Source: Eledone cirrhosa
Lineage: Eukaryota
DNA: 64,000 nt
Assembly: GCA_964016885.1 (NCBI GenBank)
Contig: OZ024742.1
Span: forward strand, 224,192,001-224,256,000
Direction: 5' to 3'
The notes below the pieces were generated by a model that was not told the DNA's origin, did not search any database, and saw only the letters and a program-made list of their open reading frames with translations. A program made the translations under genes and the position numbers. Positions 58,492-64,000 of the stretch are shown here, one piece after another; position 1 is the first letter of the stretch, and each line of letters starts with the position of its first letter.

Positions 58492-59865
58492 TGTATGTAT
58501 GTATGTATGTATGAATGTACGTTTATATGTATGTATCTCTACGTTTATATGTATATATGTATCTATGTTGGGTCAACCTTGAGTGCTACTGGTAACATGT
58601 AACCCAGTACAACCTGTCACATGGTCGGCTCGTCGGCGACTAAACCGGCAATCCCATCAAGTTTACTTGGTGGGGAGGGTGATTTTGAACACCCTGAAGG
58701 ACAAAAAGCAAAACCTGACAAAGGGCGGAAGAACTCATAAGAGTCAACGGCCATCCAAAAATGTGTAAATATGTATATACACATGTACATATGTATGTAT
58801 ATGTATATGTGTATATACATGGGTGCATGTGTGTGTATATGCGCAGGGACATAGAAATAGTCGGGTTGGACACCTGATCGCGCGGTTAAACCACTGGGAG
58901 TGAAGAACCCTTAGCATTTGTCAGGGCATTCTTCTAAGAGAAAGCAACTCAGGAAACTGGGATAACTCCAATATAAAACCTGCGGCTCACTAGTTACCGA
59001 TGATGTTGATCTTTTCTTCTTTTCGGGTTATAGCTACTGTTGCTCAGAGAATGGGATTTGCTCAGTGCACAGTCTTTCCTCACTTTAAAAAAATCTTCAC
59101 GCACAGCCATGGCACAATATAATTAATTAATAATCATTAATAATGGTATATCGTGCAATGGCCATACTCGATGACGAGGGCGCAGCCATCATGTATGTAT
59201 GTATGTATGTATGTATGTATGTATGTATGTATGTATGTATGTATGTATGTATGTCAGGTCACCAGTTGGTGTTACTGGTAACATGTATCCCAGTACAACC
59301 TGTCTCATGGTCGGGTCGTTGGCGACTAAACTGGCAACCCCACCAAGGTTTCTTGGTGAGGAGGGTGACTTTGGACATCCTGCAGGACTAAAAACAAAAC
59401 CTGTCAAAGGGCAAAGGAGCTCTTAAGAGTCAATGGCCATCCAAAATCACCGGGAGAGATGACCCCTTAGCCTTTGTCAAGGCAGAATTCTAGGAGAAGG
59501 AAAACTCTGATATAACACCTGCAACTCTGATGGTATCCAATGATGTTGACTTGTTCTTCTTTTTGGTAAATATCATCTTGGTTAAGAGAGTGGGACTGGC
59601 TTTGTGCAGTGCCTTTGCTCACTATAAAAGCTTCACGGCACAGGCATTGCTTTATATCTGGAGATCTCTCTGCACTTGTCGTCACATGGTACCATGGGCC
59701 CAGCACTATGTGTCAATAATTGTCACAAGTGTAGTGTTTGTACCAGAGTTTTCAAGTCGCTGGCTGGACTAAAAAGTCACACTCGTTCAGCGCATTGGTA
59801 GGGGTTCTCCTACATGGATATAAAGTAGTGGCCGTACTCGAAAACGAGTTGGCAGCCACCATGTC
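57383..59865 (+). mobile_element. Array of four related non-coding elements separated by (ATGT)n: 57383-57702, 57791-58402, 58568-59192, 59253-59865; the second and fourth are near-identical (about 610 bp)
   Basis: Shared 5' block ggtaacatgt..ccagtacaacctgt..atggtcgg.tcgt.ggcgactaaac and 3' end gcagcca(t/c)catgt. Offset between the near-identical copies is 1462. Confidence 0.8.
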
Positions 59866-60328
59866 TCTATGTATGTTTATATGTACATATGTATCTATGT
59901 ACGTTTAAATGTATGTATGTATCTATGTACGTTTACATGTATGTATCTATGTACGTTTACATGTATGTATGTATCTATGTATGTTTATATGTATATATAT
60001 GCTGGTGCATGCAAATATGAGATATTCGAGGTGATTTCAGCGATATTTGGGGTTTAAGAGACAAGGCATGCGAGGGAGTGAAGGATGGCGGCGGCAGGGA
60101 TTGAGGGTGGTGTGAAGGACGGTCTGGAGCAGGGGATGTGGAGTGAGGGGCAGGGTAAGAGGAGGAGTAGGAGTAGACAGTGACCCGTATGTGACACGGG
60201 GTGTATTACTGTTGACACGTCACTTCCGTGTCAACACAGACTTAGTCAGTTAGCAACGATAATGGGCGACGGAGAGAGATAAAAAATAATTTTTTCATCA
60301 GCACTTCGACCTCCTGCATAATCTTGTC

Positions 60329-63300
60329 ACTACACACCACCATCTCACCACCAGACCACTACACCGCCACCTTAGCTAAAAGACCACCACACACCACCAT
60401 CTCACCACCAGACCACTACACCGCCACCTTAGCTAAAAGACCACCACACACCACCATCTCACCACCAGACCACTACACCGCCACCTTAGTTAATAGACCA
60501 CCACACACCACCATCTCACCACCAGACCACTACACCGCCACCTTAGCTAAAAGACCACCACACACCACCATCTCACCACCAGACCACTACACCGCCACCT
60601 TAGCTAAAAGACCACCACACACCACCATCTCACCACCAAACCACTACACCGCCACCTTAGTTAAAAGACCACCACACACCACCATCTCACCACCAGACCA
60701 CTACACCGCCACCTTAGCTAAAAGACCACCACACACCACCATCTCACCACCAAACCACTACACCGCCACCTTAGTTAAAAGACCACCACACACCACCATC
60801 TCACCACCAGACCACTACACCACCACCTTAGCTAAAAGACCACCACACACCACCATCTCACCACCAACCCACTACACCACCTTAGCTAAAAGACCACCAC
60901 ACACCACCATCTCACCACCAGACCACTACACCGCCACCTTAGTTAATAGACCACCACACACCACCATCTCACCACCAGACCACTACACCGCCACCCTAGT
61001 TAAAAGACCACCACACACCACCATCTCACCACCAGACCACTACGCCGCCACCTTAGCTAAAAGACCACCACACACCACCATCTCACCACCAGACCACTAC
61101 ACCGCCACCTTAGTTAAAAGACCACCACACACCACCATCTCACCACCAGACCACTACACCGCCACCTTAGTTAATAGACCACCACACACCACCATCTCAC
61201 CACCAGACCACTACACCGCCACCTTAGTTAAAAGACCACCACACACCACCATCTCACCACCAGACCACTACACCGCCACCTTAGTTAAAAGACCACCACA
61301 CACCACCATCTCACCACCAAACCACTACACCGCCACCTTAGTTAAAAGACCACCACACACCACCATCTCACCACCAGACCACTACACCGCCACCTTAGTT
61401 AAAAGACCACCACACACCACCATCTCACCACCAGACCACTACACCGCCACCCTAGTTAAAAGACCACCACACACCACCATCTCACCACCAGACCACTACA
61501 CCGCCACCTTAGCTAAAAGACCACCACACACCACCATCTCACCACCAGACCACTACACCGCCACCTTAGTTAAAAGAACACCACACACCACCATCTCACC
61601 ACCAGACCACTACACCGCCACCCTAGTTAAAAGACCACCACACACCACCATCTCACCACCAGACCACTACACCGCCACCTTAGTTAAAAGACCACCACAC
61701 ACCACCATCTCACCACCAGACCACTACACCGCCACCTTAGCTAAAAGACCACCACACACCACCATCTCACCTCCAAACCACTACACCGCCACCTTAGTTA
61801 AAAGACCACCACACACCACCATCTCACCACCAGACCACTACACCGCCACCTTAGTTAAAAGACCACCACACACCACCATCTCACCACCAGACCACTACAC
61901 CGCCACCCTAGTTAAAAGACCACCACACACCACCATCTCACCACCAGACCACTACACCGCCACCTTAGTTAATAGACCACCACACACCACCATCTCACCA
62001 CCAGACCACTACACCGCCACCTTAGTTAAAAGACCACCACACACCACCATCTCACCACCAGACCACTACACCGCCACCTTAGTTAATAGACCACCACACA
62101 CCACCATCTCACCACCAGACCACTACACCGCCACCTTAGTTAAAAGACCACCACACACCACCATCTCACCACCAACCCACTACACCACCTTACTTAAAAG
62201 ACCACCACACACCACCATCTCACCACCAAACCACTACACCACCACCTTAGTTAATAGACCACCACAGACCACCATCTCACCACCAAACCACTACACCACC
62301 ACCTTACTTAAAAGACCACCACACACCACCATCTCACCACCAGACCACTACACCGCCACCTTAGTTAAAAGACCACCACACACCACCATCTCACCACCAA
62401 ACCACTACACCACCACCCTAGTTAAAAGCCCACCACACACCACCATCTCACCACCAAACCACTACACCACCACCTTAGTTAAAAGACCACCACACACCAC
62501 CATCTCACCACCAACCCACTACACCACCTTACTTAAAAGACCACCACACACCACCATCTCACCACCAAACCACTACACCGCCACCTTAGTTAAAAGACCA
62601 CCACACACCACCATCTCACCACCAGACCACTACACCGCCACCTTAGTTAAAAGACCACCACACACCAACATCTCACCACCAGACCACTACACCGCCACCT
62701 TAGTTAAAAGACCACCACACACCACCATCTCACCACCAAACCACTAAACCGCCACCTTAGTTAAAAGACCACCACACACCACCATCTCACCACCAGACCA
62801 CTACACCGCCACCTTAGTTAAAAGACCACCACACACCACCATCTCACCACCAGACCACTACACCGCCACCTTAGTTAAAAGACCACCACACACCAACATC
62901 TCACCACCAAACCACTACACCGCCACCTTAGTTAAAAGACCACCACACACCACCATCTCACCACCAAACCACTACACCGCCACCTTAGTTAAAAGACCAC
63001 CACACACCACCATCTCACCACCAGACCACTACACCGCCACCTTAGTTAAAAGACCACCACACACCACCATCTCACCACCAGACCACTACACCGTCACCCT
63101 AGTTAAAAGACCACCACACACCACCATCTCACCACCAGACCACTACACCGCCACCTTAGCTAAAAGACCACCACACACCACCATCTCACCACCAGACCAC
63201 TACACCGCCACCTTAGTTAAAAGACCACCACACACCACCATCTCACCACCAGACCACTACACCGCCACCTTAGTTAAAAGACCACCACACACCACCATCT

Positions 63301-64000
63301 CACCACCAGACCACTACACCGCCACCCTAGTTAAAAGACCACCACACACCACCATCTCACCACCAGACCACTACACCGCCACCTTAGTTAATAGACCACC
63401 ACACACCACCATCTCACCACCAGACCACTACACCGCCACCTTAGTTAAAAGACCACCACACACCACCATCTCACCACCAGACCACTACACCGCCACCTTA
63501 GTTAATAGACCACCACACACCACCATCTCACCACCAGACCACTACACCGCCACCTTAGTTAAAAGACCACCACACACCACCATCTCACCACCAACCCACT
63601 ACACCACCTTACTTAAAAGACCACCACACACCACCATCTCACCACCAAACCACTACACCACCACCTTAGTTAATAGACCACCACAGACCACCATCTCACC
63701 ACCAAACCACTACACCACCACCTTACTTAAAAGACCACCACACACCACCATCTCACCACCAGACCACTACACCGCCACCTTAGTTAAAAGACCACCACAC
63801 ACCACCATCTCACCACCAAACCACTACACCACCACCCTAGTTAAAAGCCCACCACACACCACCATCTCACCACCAAACCACTACACCGCCACCTTAGTTA
63901 AAAGACCACCACACACCACCATCTCACCACCAGACCACTACACCGCCACCTTAGTTAAAAGACCACCACACACCACCATCTCACCACCAGACCACTACAC
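60329..64000. repeat. 57-bp tandem satellite, about 64 units, running off the window
   Basis: Unit cacaccaccatctcaccaccagaccactacaccgccaccttagttaaaagaccacca, with occasional 54-bp variants. Confidence 0.97.

Noticed and set aside
60324-62747. 807-aa mucin-like CDS
   Set aside because: It has a TTG start, no signal peptide or unique domain, and a stop inside an otherwise continuing array. It is explained by a 57-bp unit with no stop in one frame and is kept only as a low-interest finding.
60329-64000. CRISPR-like array
   Set aside because: The units are contiguous with no unique spacers, the context is eukaryotic, and there are no cas genes.

Overview
AT-rich eukaryotic non-coding DNA saturated with microsatellites ((TA)n, (CA)n, (GA)n, (ATGT)n, (ATCT)n, (AAT)n, (CTA)n). 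The repeat and SINE content suggests a cephalopod such as Octopus; this is inference only. No intact host gene is supported, and nearly all ORFs in the track are microsatellite translations. Real coding relics are four Penelope-like (RT/GIY-YIG) fragments, one RLE-type non-LTR fragment, two tandem Tx1/L1 3' fragments in (ATCT)n and one RTE 3' fragment. The window also holds tRNA-derived SINEs with 16-bp TSDs, a 3-kb hAT-like non-autonomous element, a 4.9-kb tandem duplication and a 57-bp satellite. The main signal is a dense, diverse population of type I hammerhead ribozyme (HHR) motifs: about 25 loci by eye, about 35 counting the duplicated block. They sit in short non-coding elements inserted in (TA)n tracts, organised as circularly permuted monomers with terminal redundancy (about 320, 533, 549, 591, 648 and 700 nt) or as fold-back pairs, and look like a multi-family retrozyme / Penelope pLTR system. 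Several HHRs have long insertions in stems II or III or recurrent non-canonical core positions. All folds were made by eye and none is tested.
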